DNA of 64,000 nt. Source: Clostridia bacterium. GTDB lineage: Bacteria > Bacillota > Clostridia > Oscillospirales > Acutalibacteraceae. The position numbers and the translations under genes were made by a program. The stretch lies in NCBI GenBank assembly GCA_017410585.1, contig JAFQQM010000001.1:7343-71342 (forward strand). The letters run 5' to 3'. The notes beneath the pieces were generated by a model. It saw nothing but the letters and a program-made list of their open reading frames with translations, had not been told where the DNA came from and ran no database searches. This document shows positions 35,227-46,100 of this stretch, in pieces. How positions within the stretch are numbered: the stretch's first letter is position 1; each line of letters starts with the position of its first letter.

Positions 35227-35673
35227 ATGGCAACCGGATGGATACTGGTCGACGCGTCGGTCTTGCCGGAGGTTTTCGGCCGTGTGTTGGAGGCGCAAGA
35301 GCACCTGCATGCCGGTCGTGCCGCCACGGCAGCGGAGGCCGCGCGTATGGCGGGGATATCCCGCAGTGCATACTATAAATATAAGGACGCGGTGCAGAGT
35401 TTCAATGCTTCGCAACCGGAGCAACTCTTGACGGTGCACTTATTGCTTCGGGATAAACCCGGCGTTCTTTCGGCGGTGCTGTCGGCCTTTGCGGATAGCG
35501 GTGCCAATATTCTTACCGTCAATCAGAACATCCCCACCGACGGTCGTGCTTCGGTCTCGGTTTCGGCGCGGACAGAACATCTGTCCCGACCGGTGGAACA
35601 ATTCCTGCAATCGTTGCGGGAGTTGTCCGGAGTGGAAAAGATCACCCGTACCGAGATCGGTACAACTGTATAA
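35227..35673 (+). CDS. ACT-domain protein (UPF0735/PheB-like)
   Basis: An N-terminal HTH-like segment (AAEAARMAGISRSAYYKYK) and an ACT fold (LLLRDKPGVLSAVLSAFADSGANILTVNQ). RBS is AGAGGAGG. Confidence 0.75.
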   Translation: MATGWILVDASVLPEVFGRVLEAQEHLHAGRAATAAEAARMAGISRSAYYKYKDAVQSFNASQPEQLLTVHLLLRDKPGVLSAVLSAFADSGANILTVNQNIPTDGRASVSVSARTEHLSRPVEQFLQSLRELSGVEKITRTEIGTTV

Positions 35674-35691
35674 ACGAAAGGTGAAAGATCA

Positions 35692-36927
35692 ATGGTTAAG
35701 ATTGCAATTTTAGGCTACGGCACGGTCGGCTCGGGTGTCGCAGAGGTGCTGGTGAAAAACGCCGCCGGTATCGCGCAGAAAGCGGAGCAAGAGATCCGCA
35801 TCGCTCGTATTCTGGATATCCGTGATTTTCCGGAGGATCCGCTGTGGCCTTGCTTTACCAAAAACTTTGAGGATATCGTCAACGATCCGGAGATCTCCAT
35901 CGTGGTGGAGACGATGGGCGGACTGAAATTTGCCTATCCGTTTGTCAAGGCATGCTTGGAAAACGGCAAAAGCGTGGTCACCTCCAATAAGGAACTGGTC
36001 GCCGCCAAGGGTGACGAGTTGCTGGAGATCGCCCGCGAAAACAACCTGAACTTCCTGTTCGAAGCCAGCGTCGGCGGCGGTATTCCGATCCTCCGTCCGT
36101 TGGATCAGTGTTTGGCGGCCAACGAAGTGACCGAGGTGGCGGGTATCTTAAACGGCACCACCAACTTTATGCTCACCAAGATGATCGAAGAGCAGATGAG
36201 TTTTGAAGAGGCGCTGAAACTGGCGCAGGACCTCGGCTATGCCGAGCGGGATCCCTCCGCCGATATCGAAGGCGCCGACGCCTGCCGTAAGACTTGCATT
36301 TTGGCGTCGCTGGCATTTGGCCGTCACGTGTTCCCCGAGCAGGTACAGACGCAGGGTATCACCGCGGTCTCTTTGGACGACGTGGCGGCGGCCGCCGCGG
36401 CAGACGGCGTTATCAAACTGATCGGTCGCACCCGCCGCGAAGGGGAGAAGATCTACGCTTTTGTGGCACCGACCGTTATTCCGAAGACCAGTCTCATTGC
36501 GGACGTCCGCGACGTGTTCAACGGCATTCTGGTGCGCGGTAACGCCATCGGCGACGTGGTGTTCTACGGTCGTGGAGCGGGCAAACTGCCCACCGCCTCG
36601 GCTGTCGTTGCCGACGTGATCGACGAGGTCAAACATCTCGAAAACCGCAAAAATCTCTATTGGGGTAAAGGCGATCCCGATTACGTGTTGCCGCAAAGCG
36701 GCTTTGAGACGGCGTGGCTTCTGCGCCTGTCGGCGAAGGACAAGGACGCCTGCGTGGCCGAATTGACCGCCGCCTTCGGTGAGGTCAAGGTGCTGTCCCG
36801 TGAAGGTGCCGCCGCGGATGAAGTGCTGGTCATCACGCCGGTTCTGCCGGAGAGTGTGACCGATAAAAAACTGGGCGATCTCCGGACCGCTTCGGTGGTC
36901 AGTGCTCTGCGGATGGCGGACTTTTGA
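35692..36927 (+). CDS. hom: Homoserine dehydrogenase
   Basis: ILGYGTVGSGV Rossmann motif, NKELVA, GILNGTTNFML and a C-terminal ACT-like region. Confidence 0.95.
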   Translation: MVKIAILGYGTVGSGVAEVLVKNAAGIAQKAEQEIRIARILDIRDFPEDPLWPCFTKNFEDIVNDPEISIVVETMGGLKFAYPFVKACLENGKSVVTSNKELVAAKGDELLEIARENNLNFLFEASVGGGIPILRPLDQCLAANEVTEVAGILNGTTNFMLTKMIEEQMSFEEALKLAQDLGYAERDPSADIEGADACRKTCILASLAFGRHVFPEQVQTQGITAVSLDDVAAAAAADGVIKLIGRTRREGEKIYAFVAPTVIPKTSLIADVRDVFNGILVRGNAIGDVVFYGRGAGKLPTASAVVADVIDEVKHLENRKNLYWGKGDPDYVLPQSGFETAWLLRLSAKDKDACVAELTAAFGEVKVLSREGAAADEVLVITPVLPESVTDKKLGDLRTASVVSALRMADF

Positions 36928-37817
36928 TGATGTGGAAACTAACTGTTCCGGCGTCCTCCGCCAATCTCGGTGCCGGCTTTGATGCTCTGGGAATTGCGCT
37001 GACGCTGTACAATCGGGTATGGATCGAAGAAGCCGACGGTTGCTTTATCGAATCCAAAGACGGCATCGCCGTCCCTACCGGACCCGACAATATGATCTAC
37101 GATACGGTGCGGCATTTGTATGAACAATGCGGTCGCCCGTTTTCCGGCCTGCATATCCTGCAGGAAAACAACATCCCGATGACCCGCGGTCTCGGCAGTT
37201 CCTCTGCCTGTTTGGTCGCCGGTCTGTTGGGCGGTAACCACCTGCTGGGGGAACCGTTTAGCAAGAAAGAATTGCTCGACCGTGCCGCCCAGTTAGAGGG
37301 TCACCCCGACAACGTCGCACCGGCGTTGCTCGGCGGCTTGGTAACGGCGGTGATGGAGGATGGCGAAGTCCACGCGGTCAGCGTGCCGGTCAACCCCAAA
37401 TTCCGCTTTGCGGTGTTTGTTCCGTCCTTTGAACTGCCCACCGAAAAAGCCCGCGCGGTGTTGCCCACGCAGGTCTCTCGCTTAGATGCGGTGTACAACT
37501 TGTCGCGTGCGGCGCTGATGACCGCTTCGCTGTTTTCCGGTGACGTGGAAAACCTGCGTATTGCCGCGCAGGATCGCCTGCATCAGCCGTACCGCTTTCC
37601 GTTTATTCCCAACGGTGAGCGGGTCATCCGTCTGGCCTACGATCTCGGCGCCTACTGCGTTTGCATCAGCGGTGCCGGTCCGTCGCTTTTGGCAATCACA
37701 GAGGACGAACGCTTTGCGGAAAAAGCCAAACAGCAACTGGCCGATTACGGCCTAAACGATTGGCAGATCCGTGAATATGCCTGCGACCCGTGGGGCGCCA
37801 AGGCAGAATGTATTTGA
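36927..37817 (+). CDS. thrB: Homoserine kinase
   Basis: VPASSANLGAGFD and PMTRGLGSSSA (GHMP) motifs. The ATG overlaps the hom stop. Confidence 0.93.
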   Translation: MMWKLTVPASSANLGAGFDALGIALTLYNRVWIEEADGCFIESKDGIAVPTGPDNMIYDTVRHLYEQCGRPFSGLHILQENNIPMTRGLGSSSACLVAGLLGGNHLLGEPFSKKELLDRAAQLEGHPDNVAPALLGGLVTAVMEDGEVHAVSVPVNPKFRFAVFVPSFELPTEKARAVLPTQVSRLDAVYNLSRAALMTASLFSGDVENLRIAAQDRLHQPYRFPFIPNGERVIRLAYDLGAYCVCISGAGPSLLAITEDERFAEKAKQQLADYGLNDWQIREYACDPWGAKAECI

Positions 37818-37847
37818 ATCCCATTTTCCGAGAAGGAGGAAAACTGT

Positions 37848-39053
37848 ATGTTGATAGTACAAAAATTCGGCGGTAGTTCGGTTGCCGATGCGGAACGCGT
37901 GATGCGCGTGGCGCGGATCGTAACCGAGAAATACCGCCAAGGTCATGAGATGGTGGTCGTGGTGTCCGCTCAGGGTGATACCACCGATGACCTCATCGAA
38001 AAGGCCAACGAGATCAACCCCAATGCCAACAAGCGCGAAATGGATATGCTGATGGCGGCGGGCGAGCAGATCTCAATCTCGCTGTTGGCGATGGCGATCG
38101 AAAGCCTCGGTTGTCCGGCGGTGTCGTTGCTTGGTTGGCAGGCGGGTTTCCGCACCACTTCCAAACACGGCGTGGCGCGTATCCGCCGTGTGGAAACGGA
38201 ACGCATCCGTAACGAACTGGATCAGAAAAAGATCGTGGTGGTCGCCGGTTTTCAGGGCATTGACAAGAACGAGGATATGACCACCCTCGGCCGCGGCGGC
38301 TCGGATACCAGCGCGGTGGCGATCGCGGCGTCGATGCACGCCGACCTTTGCCAGATCTATACCGACGTGGAAGGCGTGTTCACCGCCGACCCGCGTAAGA
38401 TTCCGGCAGCCAAGAAATTAGACGAGATCACCTACGACGAGATGTTGGAATTGGCAACCCTCGGCGCACAGGTGTTAAACAACCGCTCGGTCGAAATGGC
38501 CAAGAAATACGGCGTGGAACTGGAAGTCATTTCCAGTTTTACCAATCGTCCGGGCACCATCGTTAAGGAGGTTATCAATATGGAAAAAATGCTGATCAAG
38601 AGTGTCGCAAAGGACACCGACATTGCGCGTATCGTGGTAATGGGCGTGCCGGATGAACCGGGCATCGCCTTCAAACTGTTCTCCCGCGTGGCGAAAGCCC
38701 ACATCAACGTAGACATCATTCTGCAGTCGGTCGGCCGTGACGGCACCAAGGATATCTCCTTCACCGTGCCGAAGAAGGACGGCGAGGCGGCGGTCGAGGC
38801 TCTTCGCGATTATTGCGATAAGGTCGGCGCGCTGGAATTGTCCGCTCGGACCGACGTGGCGAAGGTGTCCATCGTTGGCGCCGGTATGGAGACCCATGAG
38901 GGCGTGGCGGCGCAGATGTTTGAAGCGCTGTCGGATGCCAACATCAATATCCGTATGATCTCCACCTCGGAGATCAAGATCTCGGTGCTGATCGATGCCG
39001 ATGACGCCGAGCGTGCCGTGGCGGCGGTCCACGCCAAGTTCTTCGAGAACTGA
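37848..39053 (+). CDS. lysC: Aspartate kinase
   Basis: VQKFGGSSV, TLGRGGSDTSA and two C-terminal ACT domains. Confidence 0.95.
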   Translation: MLIVQKFGGSSVADAERVMRVARIVTEKYRQGHEMVVVVSAQGDTTDDLIEKANEINPNANKREMDMLMAAGEQISISLLAMAIESLGCPAVSLLGWQAGFRTTSKHGVARIRRVETERIRNELDQKKIVVVAGFQGIDKNEDMTTLGRGGSDTSAVAIAASMHADLCQIYTDVEGVFTADPRKIPAAKKLDEITYDEMLELATLGAQVLNNRSVEMAKKYGVELEVISSFTNRPGTIVKEVINMEKMLIKSVAKDTDIARIVVMGVPDEPGIAFKLFSRVAKAHINVDIILQSVGRDGTKDISFTVPKKDGEAAVEALRDYCDKVGALELSARTDVAKVSIVGAGMETHEGVAAQMFEALSDANINIRMISTSEIKISVLIDADDAERAVAAVHAKFFEN

Positions 39054-39119
39054 TAGTCGACAAAAGGGACGGGAATTTTCCCGCCCCTTTATTCCATCAT
39101 AGAGAGGAGGGGGTAGGAT

Positions 39120-39761
39120 TTGGAAATTTTATATGAGGATGACCGGCTGTGGTTATGTGTAAAGCCGGTTGGCTTGTCATCCGAAGAAAACGGGGAACGC
39201 CCCAGCGTCCCGCTGTATCTCAAACAACAGGGCGCGGTCTACGTCGGCACCGTCCATCGGCTGGATGTGGTCACCGGCGGCGTGATGGTATATGCCAAAG
39301 ATCCCGCCTCAGCGGCCGCTCTTTCTGCCGCATTTGCGGAGGGGAAAGCCGATAAGGAGTATCTGGCCGTCATCGAAGGAAAGCCCGAGAAAACGAGCGA
39401 TACGCTGACCGACCAGCTGTTTCACGATCGGCGTAGCGGCAAGAGTTTTGCGGTATCCCGCCCCCGCAAAGGCGCCAAAGAAGCGATACTGGATTACACC
39501 CTGTTAGAGACGGTGGAGACTCCCAAAGGCTTCCGCTCTCTGCTCCGTATCCGCTTGCACACCGGCCGCACCCACCAGATCCGCGCACAATTTGCTTCCC
39601 GAAAACTACCCCTCTGTGGTGACGGACGGTACGGCGGTCGGGATAACGCCTGCTCTCCGGCATTGTGGTGTCATTCCCTTTCTGTGGCAAACGTAAAGGG
39701 AATATCCTTGCCACCGGATCAATATCCGTGGAATCTTTTTTCTGGGATATCCGCCCTCTGA
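39120..39761 (+). CDS. RluA-family pseudouridine synthase (TTG start)
   Basis: VHRLDVVTGGVMVYAK (catalytic Asp motif) and HTGRTHQIRAQ. Confidence 0.85.
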   Translation: MEILYEDDRLWLCVKPVGLSSEENGERPSVPLYLKQQGAVYVGTVHRLDVVTGGVMVYAKDPASAAALSAAFAEGKADKEYLAVIEGKPEKTSDTLTDQLFHDRRSGKSFAVSRPRKGAKEAILDYTLLETVETPKGFRSLLRIRLHTGRTHQIRAQFASRKLPLCGDGRYGGRDNACSPALWCHSLSVANVKGISLPPDQYPWNLFSGISAL

Positions 39762-39772
39762 AAGTGCATACC

Positions 39773-39807
39773 AAACGCCTGCTTCATCGAAAAAGCAGGC
39801 GTTTTTT
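39773..39807 (+). terminator. Intrinsic terminator
   Basis: AAACGCCTGCTT-loop-AAGCAGGCGTTT-TTTT. Confidence 0.85.
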
Positions 39808-39951
39808 TCATGCGCAGGGGGTAGATATTTGGTTAAATTCTTTCTCACTTTGCCTTTCGCTTGATCAAAAGAGGGGAAAGGCGATAGGGCAAACCGGCGA
39901 TCCGGACTATTTTTCTGATAAAATTTTCCAAATAGGCAAGCAGAATCCACC

Positions 39952-39980
39952 TTGACACCGCCGCAAACATTCTTTATAAT
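39952..39980 (+). promoter_or_regulatory. Perfect-consensus sigma-A promoter P1 (TTGACA-N17-TATAAT)
   Basis: TTGACA at 39952-39957 and TATAAT at 39975-39980. Confidence 0.7.
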
Positions 39981-40060
39981 ATTGGTATAATAATCTTGTA
40001 TAACTTTTTTTGTTCAAAATTGTCATTTTGACGAAATTTTGCGTTTAAAAATTATAATCC

Positions 40061-40089
40061 TTGACAAATTAGTGATTAAATGTTATAAT
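40061..40089 (+). promoter_or_regulatory. Perfect-consensus sigma-A promoter P2 (TTGACA-N17-TGtTATAAT)
   Basis: TTGACA at 40061-40066 and TATAAT at 40084-40089 with a TG extension. Confidence 0.75.
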
Positions 40090-40091
40090 GT

Positions 40092-40107
40092 ATGAAACCG
40101 GTTTCAT
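40092..40107. promoter_or_regulatory. cre/LacI-family operator palindrome ATGAAACCGGTTTCAT
   Basis: A perfect 16-bp palindrome whose core TGAAACCGGTTTCA fits TGWAANCGNTNWCA. It starts 3 nt after the P2 -10 element. Confidence 0.7.
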
Positions 40108-40197
40108 AAACTTGAAACCTCGTTTACCGTATGATACCGGAAGGCAGAAATGCTTGCCGGTCAGCGATACCCACCCGTAACGCAAGGAGGACCCGTT

Positions 40198-43100
40198 ATG
40201 AAAAGATCCATTCGCGCCCTGATGAAGAAAGGCCTGCCGCTGTTAATGACGGCGGTGCTGTTGCTTGGCTGCTTCAGTATGCTTGGCACAGCGGCGTATT
40301 CCTCGCCGGTCACCAACGGCGGCTTTGAGGAGACCGACAGCCTCGGTTATCCGATCGGCTGGCTGTTGCAGGCGAATACCGCTGTTTCGGCTGTCCGTGT
40401 TCCGGCGGGCGGTCAGAGCGGTGCATGGCTGCGTTTGCCTGCCGGCTCCGACGTCGCTGTCGTTGAGACGGAAGAGTCGTATGCCTTGGCGGTGGATCCG
40501 TCCTCGCCTTATACGCTGTCTTTCTATGGCTGGGCAGAAGGCGACCTGATCCCGACGGTCGTACAGTTGCAGGCTGACGGTACCGGCTCGGCTGACGGCA
40601 ACCTTGAGTTGTCTGCGGGCGTCGTTTCGGATACGGCCGAATGGACCGAGCGAGAAATCACTTTCGTAACCTCCGCGGATACCGTGGCGGTCATTTTGCG
40701 TTTTACGGCGATCGGTGGTAACGCCGGTCTGGACGGTGTCGACCTGCAGGGAGGGCTGTACGCCGATAACTCTTCGGTCATTCTCCGACCGGAAAATATC
40801 GTCTACGGGTCTGCTGTCAACAACAATCTGCTGGTAAACGGTGACTTTGAAGACGGCACCACCAAATGGGACGTCAGCGCCGGCGGCAGTATCATCGGTG
40901 CCGGCTTTGCGCACGGCGGCGAAGGTTACGCCGTACTCGACCGTTCCGGCGGTGCGGGTACCGTTGATCTGTTCACCGAACAGTTTCCGGTGCAACCCAA
41001 CACCGAATATACCATTTCCTACTGGAAATACAGTGAAGCGCAGACCCAGACGTATTGCACCATTCGGTTGTGCAACGCTTCCAACGGCATCATCAGCAGT
41101 TCCAACAAAGGCACCGGTCTGATCGCCACCGAGGGTTGGCAGCAATATAGTTGGACCTTCACCACCACGGCGGAGACCCGCTATGTGCGGATCGACTTCC
41201 AGCACAACGCCGGTACCGGTATCAGTTATATTGATGACGTTACCGTTACCGCCGCCGGCTCGGATGAAAATATCATCCCCAACGGCGATTTTGAAAACGG
41301 GATGTCCAAATGGGTCAACGGCAGCAGCGGCGGCGCCACCGGCTCGGTGGCCGTTTCGGTGGGTGCTTACGCCGGCAACGGCGCGCTCAAACTCGACCGT
41401 ACCGATCGCGGCGGCACGCTGTACGGTATGTCCAACCAGTTTGCGGTGCAACCCAACACCGAGTACACGGTCACCTACTGGGAAAAGGTCACCGCCATCG
41501 GTCAGGCGTACGTGGCGGTGCAGGAATTTGGCACGGCCGGTCACCTCGGCGGCACCAATTTTAACGTGAAATACAACACCGTTTCCACTCCGTGGACGCA
41601 GAAGAGTTTCACCTTTACCACCAAAGCAAACGCCACCGCCATCCGTATCGACCTGTACATCAACGACGGTGCCGGTATTGCGTACTTTGACGAGGTCACT
41701 GTCGTACCGACCCAGTCTATCGGTACCGAGCCGGATACGCCCGATCTGCCGGATGACATCACCAATCTCGTTCCCAACGGCGATTTTGAGCAGCAGTTTG
41801 CCAACTGGCAAAAGGTCAACGACGGCAGTTTCGGTAACGTGACTATGTCCAACGTTGCCCACGGCGGCGACTATGCGCTGAAACTGACCCATACCGGCAC
41901 CGACGGCCAGACCGTTGCTGTCAACTCCAACCTCGTTCCGGTGGAGCCGAATACCGAATATATCATCACCTACTGGCAAAAGATTGAATCCCGCGCCCAG
42001 TCCTATCTGCTCATCTACGAGCACAGCCCGAGCAGTTATACCAGTCTCGGCGTGCAAAACGTCGTTTCGCAGGTGATGGATTGGACGCAGAAGAGTTTCA
42101 CCTTCACCACTTCCGCCAATACCGATTCCATCCGCATCGACTTCAACTGCAATGCGTATCGCGGTGTCGTGTATTTTGACGACGTGGTGCTTTGCAAGAC
42201 CGCCGACCTGCCGGTGGAGGAAAAGGACCCCGACGACCACGGCGGCGATCTGAATCTTCCTTCCAATGCCACCAATCTGCTGGCAAACGGTGCGTTTGAC
42301 GTCAACACCAACGGCTACAACCTAAACGGTGCGGCGTCGCTGGTCAACAAGACGCTGAAACTGACCGACGCGGTCTCTTCCAACTACGTGATGACCACCG
42401 TGCCGGTCAAGGCAGGGGAAAGTTACGTGCTTTCCTTCTACGTCTACGTTTCCAAGGTGACCGCCGGTTTTGATTTCAGCGTGGCGATGTTCGGTAACGG
42501 TACGGTCAACGGTGGCACGGTGGAATGGGTCGTTCCGTCCATCAAGGAAGCCACCGGCGATTGGAAATACGTTACCTACAAATGGACCGCCGCCAACACC
42601 GGCAACGTCCAGATCGCGTTTAAAAACTACAGCAGTACCGCCGGCGGTACCTATTATCTGGACGATATCTCGGTGTACGAGGTGATCAAGACCGGCAACC
42701 TGATCATCGATCAGGGTCACGACGCCACCTTTGATAAGGCGGGGCTGGCCGGTTGGATGCTCAGCGGCGCCAACGTGTCGTGGGACAGCGCCGAGCAGGC
42801 GATGAAACTGGACCACCAGAATATGGCGGCAGGGGAGACCACCCACAACGCCTACGTCAACGTCAACCCGTTGCTCACCATCGAGCCGAATACCAACTAC
42901 CAGTTCAGTTGGAAACATAAGACCAGCGGCACCCCGATCTCGGTGATCATCCTCACCCTGTACAACGGCAGTACGCAGGTCGGCGTCAAGCAGATCAACT
43001 TAAGCCGCAGTGAAAACTGGGTGGCAGACGACTGGATCCTGAATTCCGGCAACGCTACCTCTCTGCGTATCGACCTGCAGACGCAGGGCGGCGAAGCCCC

Positions 43101-46100
43101 CGAAAACCGCGGTATTTTGTGGTTTGACGATCTGTCGGTCCGCGCCACCAACGAGGCGGCGTATACCGGCCTGTTAAACGGCGACTTCGAAAATGCGACC
43201 GATCTTCGCTTCTGGGCGGTGCTCGGCGGTCATCCGTGCATCTCCACCTCGGTGGTGCATGCCGGCATCAAGGCACTGATGCTCGATCGCGGCTATATGA
43301 CCGACCCGAACAACTCCGCCGTTTCCGAAGCGATTGCCCAAAACGGCATTGCGGTCGAAGGCGGCAAGAGTTACCAGATCAACTATTTCCAGAAGATCGT
43401 CGGCGGCGGTCAGATCTTTGTCAAGATCGTAGAATACAACGCCGCCGGTAACCGCATCTCCAACACCAACTACAACATTACCCACGTCACCGGTGACGTG
43501 GATTGGAAGAAGATGGCTATCCGTTTCCAGACCCGCACCGACGCGGTGGCCATCGGTATCGAACTGTATAACAACCTCGGCAACGGCATCGCCTATATTG
43601 ACGATATCAGCATGACCGAGATCGATTCCATTGTCGATCCGCTGGTCCCGCAAAACGGCGACTTTGCCTACCGCGATTTCAATAAGTGGAAGGAAGTCTC
43701 CCATCAGCCGACCGAACGTAACGGTCAGACGCTGGCCGGTCAGGATACCGTTGCCGGTCGGTTTGAGTTCCACGAAGACGAGGCGGGTCTGTCCGGTATT
43801 GCCGGCTTCAGTTCGCAGGGCTTCGGCCGTATCGAGTCGTGGGGCGTGATGAAGTACTACGACTTGAACGGTCAGCGTACTACTTCGGGCGACTACTTCG
43901 GTATGAACTCCGCCATCACCCCGATTGCTCAGCCGAACGGTGCTTATGCGGTGGAACTGTATCTCCGTACCAATGCGGAGGCGCGTGACCGTCTGGTGCG
44001 CGTGATGATCACCCGCTATGACGATCAAAACGGCAATCCGGTGCAGATCACTTCGGCCCCCAACACCGTATTTGACCTCCGCTTGGACGATACCGACGAC
44101 TGGCAGAAGATCAAGGTGTGGTTTGACGGCAACGGAGCGGATTACGTCACCGTGACCGTGCTGATGTTTGACGGTGACTCCGGCGAGACCGCCGTGATCG
44201 ACGTCGACTGCGTCTCGATGACCACCTTGTCTTCCGAGCCGATCGGCGGCAACTACGATATGCAGATCGGTGAACTGGGCGGCAGTCCGGCTAACTGGTC
44301 GAAGGGCGGCCACAGCGGCTCGACGCTGACGCTGGTCGAATCCCCGTCCGGTGTTGCCGGCGATATGGCGGCCAAACTGACCTATCCGACCAACGACTAC
44401 GAGCATACCGAAATGCCGTATGCGGTGGCGATGTCTCAACTGGTGCCGGTCAAGGCCGGTCGCGTGTACGAGATCAGTTACTGGGCCAAGGTCAACGGCT
44501 ACGCCCGTACCAACGGCTGGTTGGACGTTATCCAGTTTAAGGATGCCAAGCAGACTTCGGCGGTCAGCGGTTCTCCGAACGGTATGTATCGCCAATGGGC
44601 ACAGTATAAAGATACTTCCACTTGGCAGAAGGTCAGTTTCACGCTGCGTACCACCACCAAGTTTGCGGTGGAGGATATCTATCTCCGCCTTGATTTCGCT
44701 ATTCGCGGCGAGGGCGAATTCCTTTTCGATAACGTTTCGGTCCGCGAACTGACCGACGAAGAGACCGCCCCGAACTTTGACTTTGAAAACGATCTGAATA
44801 ACGACGATATTCCGGATACTTGGTATATGAGCCTTGGCCGCGATATGGTCGGTTACCGCGAGATCGACGATACCTTCTGGCACGACGGCAAGCAGAGTAT
44901 GCATATCGTCCGCCAGAGCGCCTCGGAGCACGGCTTCGTGGATTCTTGCACCCTGTTTCCGGTCACCGCCGGCTACGTGTACGAGTTCTCGTATTGGTAC
45001 GCTTCCTGCAACGCTTCTCCCGAGGCGTATATGCGGATGGATATGTACTTCTACGACGAAAACGGTAACAAACTGATGGAAAACGGCGCCCAGCGCTACG
45101 TCCGCGGCCGTCAGGCGACCCTCAACGGCAACAGCGAGCGGGATGCATGGTCGCAGAACTACACCCGTAGCGAAGTGCCGAGCGGCGCCGTCTACGCCTC
45201 CTTGCAGTTCTACTACACCAAGGGTGACTCCGAGGTGTGGGTGGACGATATCTGCGTCGTGCCGGTGATGGATTCGCCCGCTACTGCCGATACCACCTTC
45301 AACATCATTACCCACAGCGATTTCCATGCGGTCACTTCGGATGGCGAGATTCCGAAATGGTCGTTGCTGTCCGACTCCGGTACCGCCGATTTCTCGGTGG
45401 TCAACAAGCCGGAGGATGCCGACTACGATAAGTACGACAACGCCTACAGTTATTTTGATGAGAATCAGCAACTGCAGACCGAGTACTACGACGACTACGG
45501 CCGCTTAACGGTGACCGACGGTCAGCATTATATGAAGTACACCACCACCGGCGTGATGACCAACTACCAGTATCAGGTGCTTGGCCGTTACCGCAGTGAT
45601 AAGTCGGCTACCGCCGAGGTGCGCTTCTACGACTACAAGGGCACGCTGATCGCCGAAAAGACCAAGCAGATCGACCTCGCTCCGACGGCGGGCGAATGGG
45701 CGGAGTACAACTTCGACTTCATCGCTCCGAGCCATACCTACGTCAGCGTGTTGTTGGGTCTGGACGAAGCGGGTACGCTGGAGACCGATAACCTGCTCAT
45801 TATGCAGACCGGTCAGCCGCTCACGCAGGGTGCTTGGTCAGGTAAATGGGTCTGGTACAACGAAGACCCGAAGCAGGAAGCACAAAACCAGTATCGCTTC
45901 TTCCGCTACGAATTCGAACTGGATGAAGAGATCACCTATGCACCGTTGCAGATCACCGCAGACGACCAGTTCACGCTGTACGTCAACGGGGAAGAGGTGT
46001 GCAACACCATCAACACCACCGACGAGTGGTCTAACGTGCAGGTGCTGTTCCTCACCGGCGAAAACGATGAGGGCGAAGAGGTCAATTACCTCCGCAAGGG

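Noticed and set aside
37818-37847. A lysine (L-box) riboswitch before the aspartokinase gene.
   Set aside because: The 30-nt gap contains only an RBS, so the gene is part of the hom-thrB operon.
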